From Octopus sinensis (Eukaryota), in NCBI RefSeq assembly GCF_006345805.1, contig NC_043010.1, forward strand, positions 10,044,001 to 10,108,000: a DNA stretch of 64,000 nt, in the 5' to 3' direction. The notes beneath the pieces were generated by a model, which did no database searches, was not told where the DNA came from, and saw nothing but the letters and a program-made list of their open reading frames with translations. Shown here piece by piece: positions 1 through 12,090 of the stretch; the first letter of the stretch is position 1; each line of letters opens with the position of its first letter. A program made the translations under genes and the position numbers.

Positions 1-28
1 CCTCAAAGCACTTCATATGAATATATAT

Positions 29-510
29 ATTAGGATTATCTCATAAATAATGTAGTTTTTTCAATTGCGTGAACTAAAAGCATGAACTAAAAGTCAGAGG
101 GGTATGAGATAAACTACCTGCATCAACTTGCTATAAAAGCTGGTTTTAATTTTACCTTCGACTTATTCTTAGTGCAGGTTTTGAAGAGTGCAGTTCGATT
201 TTAACAGTTACTTTTTCAAAGCTATAATGGAAGTGACAAAGGAGTATATTCAGCATATTTTACTCTGTGAGTTCAAAAAAGGCAACAACACAACAGAAAG
301 TGTGAAGGAATATTGATGCAGTATTCGTCGAGACTATTAAGAAGGTTGCAAGATGCAACGAAAATTTTAGGAAAATAAAAATAAGAAATAAGTGTAAATT
401 TTACCAGTGAGTGTGTTACATTATAAGGCACAAAAAGAAAATGACTCACCCCAGACACAGCAGAATATGCTTCAACACACGAACTCATATAAAGAATCTT
501 GCAAACCAAA
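29..510 (+). mobile_element. Decayed, internally deleted mariner transposon relic
   Basis: ATG at 227 reads MEVTKEYIQHILLCEFKKGNNTTES then, after a frameshift, RNIDAVF, resembling the mariner transposase N-terminal HTH. About 400-500 resembles the IVTxDEKW..KRKxQWL region. TIR-like tattaggattatctcataaataatgtagtttttt at about 29-62. Stops and frameshifts present. Confidence 0.65.
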
Positions 511-716
511 TCCAAAAACCAAATATATATATATATATATATATACACTCACATACAGAGTTGCACAACAGGTGTGCATCCATAAAATAACACTTTTGCT
601 GTAACATGTTCATATTGTTATTTTTGTATGTAAATGTGATAAATGTTCATAAAATGATGATTATTTTTATTTTAGAATCATGTCAGAATATTTTTAAATA
701 TTAATTTTGTCAATTG

Positions 717-1063
717 GGGGCCGATGCCAGCACTGCCTCGACTGGCTTCTGTGCCGGTGGCACATAAAAAGCACCATCCGAGCGTGACCGATGCCAGCAC
801 CTTAAAAGCACGTTAAAAGCACCAACCAATCGTGGCTGCTGCCAGACTCCCTTGGCACCTGTGCCGGTGGCACGTAAAAAGCACCCACTACACTCACGGA
901 GTGGTTGGCGTTAGGAAGGGCATCCAGCTGTAGAAACACTGCCAGATTCAGACTGGAGCCTGGTGCAGCCTCCTGGATTCCCAGACCCTGGTCGAACCGT
1001 CTAACCCGTGCTAGCATGGAAAATGGACGTTAAACAATGATGATGATGATGATGATGATGATG
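717..1063 (+). mobile_element. SINE family A (ends cgtccaacccatgctagcatggaaa..ggacgttaaac(gat)n, RTE-type tail)
   Basis: Shared body ggcacgtaaaaagcacccactacactc..ggaagggcatccagctgtagaaac recurs 8 times in the window; (GAT)n tail. Confidence 0.85.
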
Positions 1064-1166
1064 TGGATTGGCAGACGGAGTGCTGTGTCTTGGCCCCCGA
1101 TGTCACCCAGACCTAACTTTCTTTGACTTTTTTCCTATGGGAGCATCTCAAATCCATTGTCTATAT

Positions 1167-1399
1167 ATATTTCTTTACTACCCACAAGGGGCCAAACACA
1201 GAGGGGACAAACAAGGACAGACATAGGTATTAAGTCGATTACATCGACCCCAGTGTGTAACTGGTACTTAATTTATCGACCCCGGAAGGATGAAAAACAA
1301 AGTCGACCTCGGCGGAACTTGAACTCGGAATATAAGGACAGACAAAGTACGGCTACGCATTTCGCCCGGTGTGCTAACGTTTCTGCCAGCTCGCCGCCT
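1167..1399 (-). mobile_element. SINE family B (tRNA-type head ggcggcgagctggcagaa..gttcaaattcc, central gcctttcatcctttcggggtcgat..aagtaccag)
   Basis: Matches 7 other copies; TSD atccattgtct at 1152-1162 and 1404-1414. Confidence 0.9.
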
Positions 1400-1561
1400 T
1401 TATATCCATTGTCTGTATAACTCATCCAACATATGAGAATTCAGTGTGCAAAGATTGACACTGAAGTATTGAATAATGTACAAAATTCTCTTTGGTTTCA
1501 TATTCAGAAATCTAATGAATTTGAGGAAAATCAGTTTAAACAATTATTCTCAGGATTTTCA

Positions 1562-1880
1562 CATCATCTTCTTTTTGTCATCATCATTATCATCACCATC
1601 ATCATCACCATCATTGTCGTCATCATCATCATCATCATCACCATCATGTAATATCTGCCCTCAATGCTGGCATGAGTTGGATGGTCTGACAGGAACTGGC
1701 CAGGCAGGAGCCTGCACCAGACTTCTGTGTCTGTTTTGGCTGAGATTTTACAGCTGGATGCCCTTCCTAATACCAACCACCCAACAGAATGAACTGAGTG
1801 ATTTTTACGTGGTACAAGTACAGGTTAGGTCAGTTTGGCATGGTTTTTACAACTGGATGCCCTTCCAAATGCCAACCACT
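1562..1880 (-). mobile_element. SINE family A, degenerate
   Basis: (CAT)n tail at 1562-1650; cagctggatgcccttcctaat..aaccac motif present twice. Confidence 0.7.
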
Positions 1881-2036
1881 TGTGAGTTAATAGTTTTGTG
1901 ATAATGAATGTTATGTAGATAAAATAAAACATTACCATATCTCCTTTATAAACTGCTTTCCTCATGATTAGATTGTGCACAACTCTTGCACCACCTTGTG
2001 TATAAACATACATGCATACATACATATATCTATATT

Positions 2037-2480
2037 TATGTATGTATGTATGTATGTATGTATGTATGTATGTATGTATGTGTATGTTGGTATGTATGTT
2101 TGTATGTATGTATGTTGGTATGTATGTATGTATGTATGCATGTATGTATGTCTATATGTATGTATGTATGTTGGTATGTATGTATGTATATATGTATGTA
2201 TGTATGTATGCATGTATGTATGTATGTATGTATGTATGTATGTTGGTATGTATGTATGTGTGTATGTATGTATGTATATATGTATGCATGAATGTATGTA
2301 TGTATGTATGTATGTATGTATGTATGTTGTATGTATGTATGTATGTATGTATGTATGTATGTATGTATGTATGTATGTATGTATGTATGTATGTTGTATG
2401 TATGTATGTATGTATGTATGTATGTATGTATGTTGGTATGTATGTATGTATGTATGTATGTTGGTATGTATGCATGTATG
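2037..2480. repeat. (TATG)n microsatellite
   Basis: Direct reading; source of the MYVC/HTYI ORFs. Confidence 0.95.
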
Positions 2481-2823
2481 TATTATATACACATTTGCTG
2501 AATCTAGAGGAAGGGTGAATACCCATAAACTTTGTAAACACTCTAACATAATCACTTTCGAATAACAGAGGCCATTATAATAGCGATAGAGAAGACAGGT
2601 AGTAAACAATGTGTCAATGAACAAGAAGCTAGAACAAGTCTGTTAGTAATTTAGTACCAGTCATTTGAGGGGCACCTTCCTGGATGTAGTTATGTATTAG
2701 CATTATCATTCACCTGTTAGTATTGTAATCGTTGTTGTCGTTGACAGCAACGGATTTATTTCCACTATTTTTTCCCTGATGACATGGATTGGATGTGACT
2801 TGTTATGGCAATATCCTGTAGCC

Positions 2824-3042
2824 CAGTGGTTTTCAACCAGGGTTTCGCGGAACCTTAGAGTACCGCCAGTACAGTCCAGGGGTTCCGCAAGAAGTTACAA
2901 AACTGCTAAAATCGGCAGTAGTTTTTAATTCTCCTGTGCAGGTATGTGTGCATAAGACAATCAAATTATTGCACAGGGGTTCCTCGAGCCAGTGGAATGT
3001 TTCCTTGGGGTTCCGCTCCAGCAAAAAGTTTGAAAAGCACTG
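2824..3042. mobile_element. hAT-type MITE
   Basis: TIRs cagtggttttcaac / tttgaaaagcactg; perfect 8-bp TSD ctgtagcc at 2816-2823 and 3043-3050. Confidence 0.9.
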
Positions 3043-3246
3043 CTGTAGCCTATTGTCTTTCTTGATACTAAAACCTTCATAGTCGTTAGCTAGGTAGCTA
3101 CCTGGTCTGACAGATAGACAGACAAACAGCTAGCTACTAGATAAATAGATAGAGGTTGGAAAACATTCAGTGAAATAGTTATTTCATTATTACTCAGAGA
3201 TGATCACACTCATACTCAGAGTATATGTATGTAACATATATATGTA

Positions 3247-3478
3247 GGCAGCGAGCTGGCAGAAACGCTAGCACGCCAGGCAAAATGCGTAGCCGTATTT
3301 CGTCTGCCGTTACATTCTGAGTTCAAATTCCGCCGAGGTCGACTGCCTTTCATCTTTTTGGGGTCAATTAAATAAGTACTAGTTACGTACTGGGGTCAAT
3401 ATAATCGACTTAATCCGTTTGTCTGTCCATGTTTGTCCCTTCTGTGTTTAGCCCCTTGTGGGTAGTAAAGAAATAGAT
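3247..3478 (+). mobile_element. SINE family B
   Basis: Full family B sequence, flanked by a ~211-bp direct duplication (see findings). Confidence 0.9.
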
Positions 3479-4020
3479 AATATCCAGTAGCCTATTGTCT
3501 TTCTTGATACTAAAACCTTCATAGTCGTTAGCTACGTAGCTACCTGGTCTGACAGATAGACAGACAAACAGCTAGCTACTAGATAAATAGATAGAGGTTG
3601 GAAAACATTCAGTGAAATAGCTATTTCATCATTACTCAGAGATGATCACACTCATACTCAGAGTATATGTATGTAACATATATATGTAGATGCTCATACA
3701 CACTATATGTCACTTTCACTTACCACTTTTACTTAAACAACTTATACTTGCCTCAGTTTTCCAAGACAACGTTTGGTTAAACCCTTTTCAGTATCAATGT
3801 GAAACCAACTTTGGTTCTAGGATACAAAATCATCTATTTTAAAGATTGTTTCCATTTAGATATAAACATTTTATCATATTTTTATACAAGAACCTTTTGT
3901 CTTGCTTCAAGTAAATGCTTTATAAATGGAAAACTTAGTTATTATATAGATAAGTCCTTTCAAACTTTTGATAATTTTGAAATTTAATTTAAATACATGG
4001 ACAATATGTTTTAGATGAAA

Positions 4021-4518
4021 TCTTTATATATAAAAGAGAGATTGTGTGTCTGTCTGCTACGATTTAGATTCCTAACTACTCCCACATTTTGCGGTGCAGT
4101 TTAACCAAAACCGGGTATCTTATAGTCGTGATTCATATCGAGCCCTTCTGGGTATTAGCGCGCGTCTACGATGAGTCTACGATTTAAAAAAAAAATTACC
4201 ATCATTTTTTTCCATTTTAATGCATTTTTTTTGCTATTATATAAGGGAAGTAACTCTCTAAAAATGTCTACGATGAGTCAACGATTTAAAAAAAAATTAC
4301 CATCATTTTTTTCCATTTTAATGCTTTTTTTTGCTATTATATAAGGGAAGTAACTCTCTAAAAATATCTACGATGAGTCAACGATTTAAAAAAAATTTAC
4401 CATAATTTTTTTTCCATTTTTAATACATTTTTTTGCTATTTTTTGGCTATAACTCTCTAAAAATGTTTATATAGTTATTTCCCTTACAAACCCGAGCAAC
4501 GCCGGGCGATACTGCTAG
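4021..4518 (+). mobile_element. Non-autonomous Helitron
   Basis: Starts TC after A4020, ends CTAG (4515-4518) before T4519; subterminal hairpin cccg..cggg at 4491-4506; no TSD; three internal ~100-bp tandem units. Confidence 0.8.
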
Positions 4519-4598
4519 TATGTTCATAAAATGGCTATAAGTAATTTAGATCATGCTTGAAAGTTTAGTAGTAAAAACAGTAAAAACTTCTATATTAA

Positions 4599-4818
4599 CC
4601 CTTTAGCATTTAAACCGGCCATATCCGGCCCAAATTTTCTACTTCTTTTATGTTCAAACCATCTAGATCAGGCCTCTCACTCATATCCTACAATGACATC
4701 CTCAAAACAAACCATCACATCATCAAATTCTCAGAGCTACAAGATAATCCAGGATTAATTCAAAACAATCTGAATGAAAAAGCATTATATTTGACAGAGT
4801 AATCTGAACACTAAAGGG
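4599..4818. mobile_element. piggyBac-type MITE
   Basis: TTAA on both sides (4595-4598, 4819-4822); TIRs ccctttagcatt / aacactaaaggg. Confidence 0.8.
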
Positions 4819-6348
4819 TTAAGTAAATGTCCAAATTCCAAAAATCCTCTCAAACATACAAGCCAGAACAAAAATGTAAAATAAAATGAATTGAAGAATT
4901 TATGATGGAAACAATATTGTATTCATTTTGGGTACATTTGCTTTACAGCCATAAAAGCAGGAAGCCGATGAACTTGTCAAAGAAGTTTGTTCTGCGATTC
5001 TTAAGTCTACCGGTGACAACACATAACGTGCTTGACATATCAAAAATAAACTTTTTATATTTTTGCCATTAATTTTCAGAAGACACGGTCAAGATGAAAG
5101 CAAAGCAAAAGTCGTTCATTACTTAGTAGAGTTTACTTGCACAAATGTTGGCTTTTATTTATATAGAATTTATAATCATATGCTAAGAACATTAACCGTT
5201 AGTAAATGGTGAAGATGTCAGGATAACCTTCTTAGTAAGGCATTAGTCACAGAAGCCACAACATACAAACAGACAAGCAGACAAATAAACAAGGAAAACA
5301 AGACACATCAGTCCCTGTTAGGAATTGAGATTTATTGATTCCTTCTGAATGATAAAAGGGTTACTATTTCAATTTTGGCAGCGCCTCATCTGAATTCCGT
5401 GGCAGCATGAGAGGAATAAGAAATAGTGGTGGTTAACATGGTCAGAGATCATAGCCTACGTAAGACCGCAATGTTCTTTCATCACATTTCTATAATACAC
5501 TGACCACATGATATATTGTCCCTTGTTGCCTTATCACATGACACATTGACACATGAATCATTGACAAATGTTACTTTGTCATGAAACTCACAGTCATGTG
5601 ATGTTATAGAATAAACTGACACATGGTGTTCAGACACAAGATATCTTTTTCACTTTTCACTCTATGAGATTTTCCATCACATGTAGCATTACTATGATGT
5701 AATGCTGCCATGTAATATTGTTACATAACAGATTTTCACATGACATTTTGTAACATTGTACATTTGCTACACTTTTTTTTACATGATCTCTTGGAACATG
5801 ACATGGTCTTCAACGTGTCAAACATTCCACAGGAAAACTTCAAGACCAACAACTTACAGTCAGATTTAAAGCAATGTTCAGCTTACAAAAATATTCCTAA
5901 GAGAAAATCTTCAAGTATAATATGTCTTTCAAGAGACAAAACAAAAATGGTCAATGGAAGAAATTAGTTGTTGCTGTTGATTCTTTGGAAATAATATCAT
6001 GGGATTGGATTACAAAATATATGATGAAGACAGGAGAAATTCACTGGATTAACTTTGGTCAGTTGTGAACAATACCTCAAGGAATCTGAACTAGACGGTA
6101 AAAATATTTCTGTTAAAATTTTTTTCTGTCTACAAAAACAGGCACATCTTAAAATGTCAGAAACATTTGAAACTAATTTACCTGATGTGGTGTAATTGGA
6201 GGTGTGTTGCACTAATTTTTGATTTGATAGTTTCAGTTTCAAAAAGAATAATTCAATCTGAAAATGCTTACTCATCACCTGATTAATTATGATTAATTAT
6301 AGATTATGAATGAGGCGTTTGGAAAGATTAGAATAACTTACTGAATAT

Positions 6349-6560
6349 CTTTTCTTTTATCTTTTACTTGTTTCACTCATTTGACTGTGGCCATGCTGGA
6401 GCACCGCCTTTAGTCGAGCAACTCGACCCCGGGACTTATTCTTTGTAAGCCCAGTACTTATTCTATCCGTCTCTTTTTGCCGAACCGCTAAGTGACGGAG
6501 ATGTAAACACACCAGCATCGGTTGTCAAGCAATGCTAGGGGGACAAACACAGACACACAA

Positions 6561-6604
<44 letters not shown>

Positions 6605-6760
6605 GACAGGCTTCTTTCAGTTTCCGTCTACCAAATCCACTCACAAGGCTTTGGTCGGCCCGAGGCTATAGCAGATGACACTTGCCCAAGATGCCACACA
6701 GTGGGACTGAACCCGGAACCATGTCGTTGGTAAGCAAGCTACTTACCACACAGCTACTAC
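6349..6760 (-). mobile_element. SINE family C (tRNA-type head ggagtggctgtgtggtaag..ggttcagtccc, CORE-like gcatcttgggcaagtgtctt, internal (TA)n/(TG)n, tail gaaacaagtaaaagag)
   Basis: Matches more than a dozen other copies; central motif resembles the CORE-SINE domain (from memory). Confidence 0.9.
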
Positions 6761-7274
6761 TTGCTAAACAAATTAATGGTTCTTAATGTATGACTGATAA
6801 ATTAAAGTAATTTTTTAATGATATTTTGTTCATTCGTTTGTTTATCATGTTTTGTCCATGCTACAATAGACTGTTGACCCAGCATTTTAAAATGTCTGGT
6901 TTATTTTCTTGTCAGTAACCCTTATTAAGTTTTTTGGGTTTTTTTTTTTCATGTAAAGAATTTTTTATTCCAGAGGATCTCTGTAAGCACAGAGTGACCA
7001 ATCAGAAAGTCAATGAAGCATGAGAAAGTGAAACCGTTTTCTTCAAGTGAAGGTATGAAATGTCAGCATTCATGCACATCCACACATATAAGCACATACA
7101 CATACAACACACACATACACACACATAAAATCACACACACACACACACCTACAGTCACACATATGTCTGTATGTATTTGTGTGTGTGTGTGTATATAAAA
7201 CAGGCTTCCTTTAGTTTCCAGCTGCCAATTTCACTGACAAGGCATTTCTAGGATTGACATTATAATAAAATACC

Positions 7275-7504
7275 TATTTCTTTACTATCCTCAAGGGGCT
7301 AAACACAGAGGGCACAAACAAGGACAAACAAACGGATTAAGTCGATTATATCGACCCCAGTGCATAACTGGTATTTATTTAATCGACCCCGAAATGATGA
7401 AAGGCAAAGTCGACCTCGGCGTAATTTGAACTCAGAATGTAACAGCAGACGAAATACGGCTACGCATTTTGCCCGGCGTGCTAACGTTTCTGCCAGCTCG
7501 CCCC
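7275..7504 (-). mobile_element. SINE family B
   Basis: Family B sequence. Confidence 0.85.
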
Positions 7505-8004
7505 CTTTATAATAAAATACAGTTGCCAAAGGCGTCGCTCTTTACCACTGAACCCAAAATCACACGGCTGCAAAGCAAACTTCTTAATGACACAGCCAAC
7601 AGCCACGCAGACAAGCCTGTTCCATAGAAGCAAGGATCAACATTTACTGGGTGTGTCTAGCATGTTGAAAATCATGGTTTCTGATTGGTATAACCTGCAT
7701 CTAATGCTTGTTACCTATGAGTACTGCACAAGTCAAAGATAATACAATTCAATTGATTTCTCAATAAAATAGCCTGAGTAATGTTTGTTTAACTATCAAG
7801 TTTAGCAGCTTGACTGCCATTATTTTGCACTCAGCTAATATTTGACTGGTTTAGAAAACTAATAGTATGGTCATAACCAGCAACAACTTCAACATCGACA
7901 CCAACAGATCAGTTTCATACTCTTGCTTGATATAAGTGAGCTGGTAAAGAAAAAAAAATAGCAAGGTTTAAATTTACTAAATATTACTATCAGGAGTTCA
8001 ATTA

Positions 8005-8169
8005 GGTGCAGGAGTGGCTGTGTGGTAAGTAGCTTGCTAACCAACCACATGGTTCCGGGTTCAGTCCTACTGTGTGGCATCTTGGGCAAGTGTCTTCTGC
8101 TATAGCCCCGGGCCGACCAAAGCCTTGTGAGTGGATTTGGTAGATGGAAACTGAAAGAAGCCCGTCGTA

Positions 8170-8203
<34 letters not shown>

Positions 8204-8436
8204 TATGTGTGTGTGTATATGTTTGTGTGTCTGTGTTTGTCCCTCCAACATCACTTGACAACCGATGCTGGTGTGTTTACGTCCCCGTCACTTAGCGGTT
8301 TGGCAAAAGAGACCGATAGAATAAGTACTGGGCTTACAAAGAATAAGTCCCGGGGTCGATTTGCTCGACTAAAGGCGGTGCTCCAGCATGGCCGCAGTCA
8401 AATGACTGAAACAAGTAAAAAGAGTAAAAAAGAGTA
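8005..8436 (+). mobile_element. SINE family C
   Basis: Full family C sequence. Confidence 0.9.
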
Positions 8437-8639
8437 GTATTTGAAATGAAGATGCAAACTTAGTAACTTACACAGATGCAAGCATAGATGTATGGTGGGA
8501 AAGTTTGGTTTTGCAACAACTTGGGCAAGTGTCTTCCACTATAACCACAAGCCTTGTGAGTTGATTTGGCAGAGAGAAACTGCATGAAAGCCTGTCACTC
8601 ACACACACATGCACACATATGAGGATGATATATATATAC

Positions 8640-9084
8640 ATATCATCCTCATCATCATCATTATCATTTAATGTCCACTTTCTATGCTGGCATGGGTTGG
8701 ACGGTTTGACTGAGGACTGGCGAGCCAGATGGCTGCACCAGGCTCCAATCTAATCTGGCAGTGTTTCTACAGCTGGATGCCCTTCCTAATGCCAACCACT
8801 CTGCGAGTGTAGTGGGTGCTTTTACATGCCACCGGCACAAGGGCCAGTCAGGCGGTACTGGCAGCGGCCATGCTCAAATGGTGCTTTTTATGTGTCACCT
8901 GCACAGGGGCCAGTTCAGCAGCACTGGCAACAACCTTGCATTAAATGTTGTTCTTCACATGCCACCAGCATAAGTGCCGGTAAGGTGGCGTTGGTAACAA
9001 TCATGCTTGAATAGGGAGCTTGGATGGGGCTCTTAGCGCTCCACTGGCACAGATGCCAGGCATGTGGTGCTGTCATCAAATTTG

Positions 9085-9085
<1 letters not shown>
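8640..9085 (-). mobile_element. SINE family A
   Basis: (CAT)n tail and family A body with variable internal repeats. Confidence 0.85.
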
Positions 9086-9134
<49 letters not shown>

Positions 9135-9136
<2 letters not shown>

Positions 9137-9430
9137 AGACGCAATGGCCCAGTGGTTAGGGCAGCAGACTCGCGGGCGTAGGATCAGGGTTTTGATTCCC
9201 AGACCGGGCATTGTGAGTGTTTATTGAGCGAAAATACCTAAAGCTCCATGAGGCTCTGGCAGGGTGGTGGTGGCGATCCCTGCTATACTCTTTCACCACA
9301 ACTTTCCCTCACTCTTTCTTCTGTTGTCCTGCCCGCTTAGCCAAAGGGGTGGTGTCATTTGAAGGCTAAAACAATGTGAAGCGCATTGTGTAGCAACATC
9401 TGATAGCCTGGTCGGTCACAGCAGTGACAA
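9135..9430 (+). mobile_element. SINE family D, tail type 2
   Basis: tRNA-type head ggagacgcaatggcccagtggttagg..ttgattccc, shared central domain, tail ..gcctggtcggtcac. Confidence 0.85.
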
Positions 9431-9500
9431 TATATATATATATATATATGTATGTATATGTATATATATATATATGTATGTATGTATATGCTTATGTATA

Positions 9501-9531
<31 letters not shown>

Positions 9532-10100
9532 TAGATATGAGTGATAGGAGCAGAGTGTGTACCAAGCAGTGACTGTCATATCCTACATGAGATGGATACA
9601 TTGTAAAAGGACTATATACTGCAGTACATCTATAACAGATGTTCTCTTAAGATGAATAACACGGAATTATAGGGTTCGTACAATATATCGATATTAAGTA
9701 GGATATAAAGATTGCTGTACACACACACATTCACACAGACACACACATACACACACACTCGTATTTATGTATGTGTGAATCTTTGTATCATCGTTCTCAT
9801 GATTTGATATATATATATATGTGTGTGTGTATGGTGGAGTGTTGTATGTGTGTGTGTGTGTCTTTGTATTTGGCCTCCACCACATGACAATTGGTGTCAG
9901 CTTGTTTTTCGCCCCATAACTCATCAGTCCAGCAAAAGAGGCTGGTGGAATAAGTACCAGTCAAGCAATTTTGCTTGACTGAATCCTTTAAGACATTGTC
10001 CCGGCATAGCGGTAATCCATCAAGTGAAACATGTAAAAGAATTACAGAATACAACAGAACCAATATCCCATGATCCTCTATTATAAACCTCAGATCTCAC

Positions 10101-10512
10101 TCTTTTACTTTCTCTTTTACTAGTTTCAGTCATTTGACTGTGGCCATGCTGGAGCACTGCCTTTAGTCAAGCAACTCGACCCCGGGACTTATTCTTTTGT
10201 AAGCCCAGTACTTTTTCTATCGGTGTCTTTTGCTGAACCACTAAGTAACAGGGACGTAAACACACCAGCATCGGTTGTCAAGCAATGCTAGAGGGACAAA
10301 CACAGACACACAAACATACACACACACATATATATATATACATATATATGACAGGCTTCTTTCAGTTTCCGTCTACCAAATCCACTCACAAGGCTTTGGT
10401 CGGCCCGAGGCTATAGTAGAAGACACTTGCCCAAGATGCCATGCAGTGGGACTGAACCCGGAACCATGTGGCTGGTTAGCAAGCTACTTACTACACAGCC
10501 ACTCCTGCACCT
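10101..10512 (-). mobile_element. SINE family C
   Basis: Full family C sequence. Confidence 0.9.
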
Positions 10513-10766
10513 ATCTGTTCGTTTTTCCTAAACATTCTTTAAAGTATTATCTCTCTCAAGAATGTGAAGTTTCAAAATAGACAGACAGAAGAATTCTGAA
10601 TTAAAACCAAAATAAATTGATGCCTTAAGATTCTGTTCCATTGGAATGGATGGGCTCACTAAAATAGATTGGTAGATTTGGGATCTGAATTTAAATTCTG
10701 TCAATAATATATGAGAATTTTAATCTGTGGGATTTTAAAAATAAGAATCAGTATATTTTACTAATT

Positions 10767-11165
10767 GAGTGGCTGTGTGGTAAGTAGCTTGCTTACCAAC
10801 CACATGGTTCCGGGTTCAGTCCCACTGCGTGGCATCTTGGGCAAGTGTCTTCTGCTATAGCCTCGGGCCGACCAATGCCTTGTGAGTGGATTTGGTAGAC
10901 GGAAACTGAAAGAAGCCTGTAGTATATATGTATATATATATGTGTGTGTGTTTGTGTGTCGGTGTTTGTCCCCCTAGCATTGCTTGACAACCGATGCTGG
11001 TGTGTTTACGTCCCCGTTACTTAGCGGTTCGGCAAAAGAGACCGATAGAATAAGTACTGGGCTTACAAAAAAGAATAAGTCCCAGGGTCGAGTTGCTCGA
11101 TTAAAGGCGGTGCTCCAGCATGGCCGCAGCCAAATGACTGAAAGAAGTAAAAGAGAGTAAAGAGT
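10767..11165 (+). mobile_element. SINE family C
   Basis: Full family C sequence. Confidence 0.9.
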
Positions 11166-11894
11166 AGGATGTAGCCAAAGACCTATTCTGTCTTTTATTA
11201 TGAGTTTCAGTTTAATCCTTGTGTATTACAAAAAGTTACTGAGCCTCAAAAATTTCTATCTGCTTGAATTCTTTACAGTATTTCAGACAAGAAATAATCA
11301 AGAAGTTGGCTTTGCAAACATGTGGTTTTAGGCTCAGTTCCCATGTAGTTACCTCAGTTTCAATACATGGTTATACATTGAATCACTTGCTAGACAAATA
11401 CAACTCCCAAATTTTCTATGAGAATAGGTGAGCTACCAAATCATTAATTAGAAACCCTTCACTTGCGTATCAGGAAATCTAATTTGTTATAACATTTAAC
11501 TAGTATAATGAAGAATATATAGCATAAACATGCTTCATTGCCAGAGAAAGAATGCTTGTGCAACATCAACAAAAATGATATTCCAGTATCTGACAAGTAC
11601 CCATTAGGGTCCATTTGGATTAGGGAGTGACAAATAAATTACTGAAATACCCAGTTTTACCATTGGACCAATTTGCTGCCAGTTTTACTAATCAAATAAG
11701 GCAGTGAGCTGGCAGAACTGTTTGCATGCTGGGCAAAATGTTAGTGGCATTTCATTTGTTTTTACATTCTGAGTTCAAATTCTGACAAGGTTGACTTCAG
11801 TTCTATATTTAAGAGATGAGGAATTATATACATTATATACATTATTTACATTATTTACATTCGACGGATATTTGTCCTCATCTTGTTTGTTGTC

Positions 11895-11940
11895 AACACA
11901 ATGTTTCGGCTGATATACCCTCCAGCCATCTTCAGGTGTC
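11895..11940 (-). ncRNA. Minimal type I hammerhead ribozyme motif (probably decayed)
   Basis: Minus strand reads GACAC CUGAAGA u GGCUG gaggguauau CAGCC GAAAC AUU GUGUU; stems I and II pair. Confidence 0.65.
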
Positions 11941-12044
11941 TTGGGGAAATTTCGAACCTGGGTTCTCATTCCTAAGGTATTCTTTATAATAATAACATCA
12001 AAGAATACCTTAGGAATGAGAACCCAGGTTCGAAATTTCCCCAA

Positions 12045-12090
12045 GACACCTGAAGAGGGCTGGAGGGTATATCAGCCGAAACTTTGTGTT
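12045..12090 (+). ncRNA. Minimal type I hammerhead ribozyme motif (probably decayed)
   Basis: GACAC CUGAAGA g GGCUG gaggguauau CAGCC GAAAC UUU GUGUU. Confidence 0.65.

Noticed and set aside
1968-2624. Long ORFs of 100-218 aa (MYVC/HTYI repeats), and similar ORFs at 35-36 kb and 45-62 kb
   Set aside because: They are translations of (TATG)n, (TA)n, (CA)n and (TATC)n microsatellites that happen to lack stops.
2500-6280. Several short protein-like frames on both strands (about 2568, 4950, 5080, 6035, 6140)
   Set aside because: Phases are inconsistent, the implied introns are too short or the splice sites are weak, and no family is recognisable.
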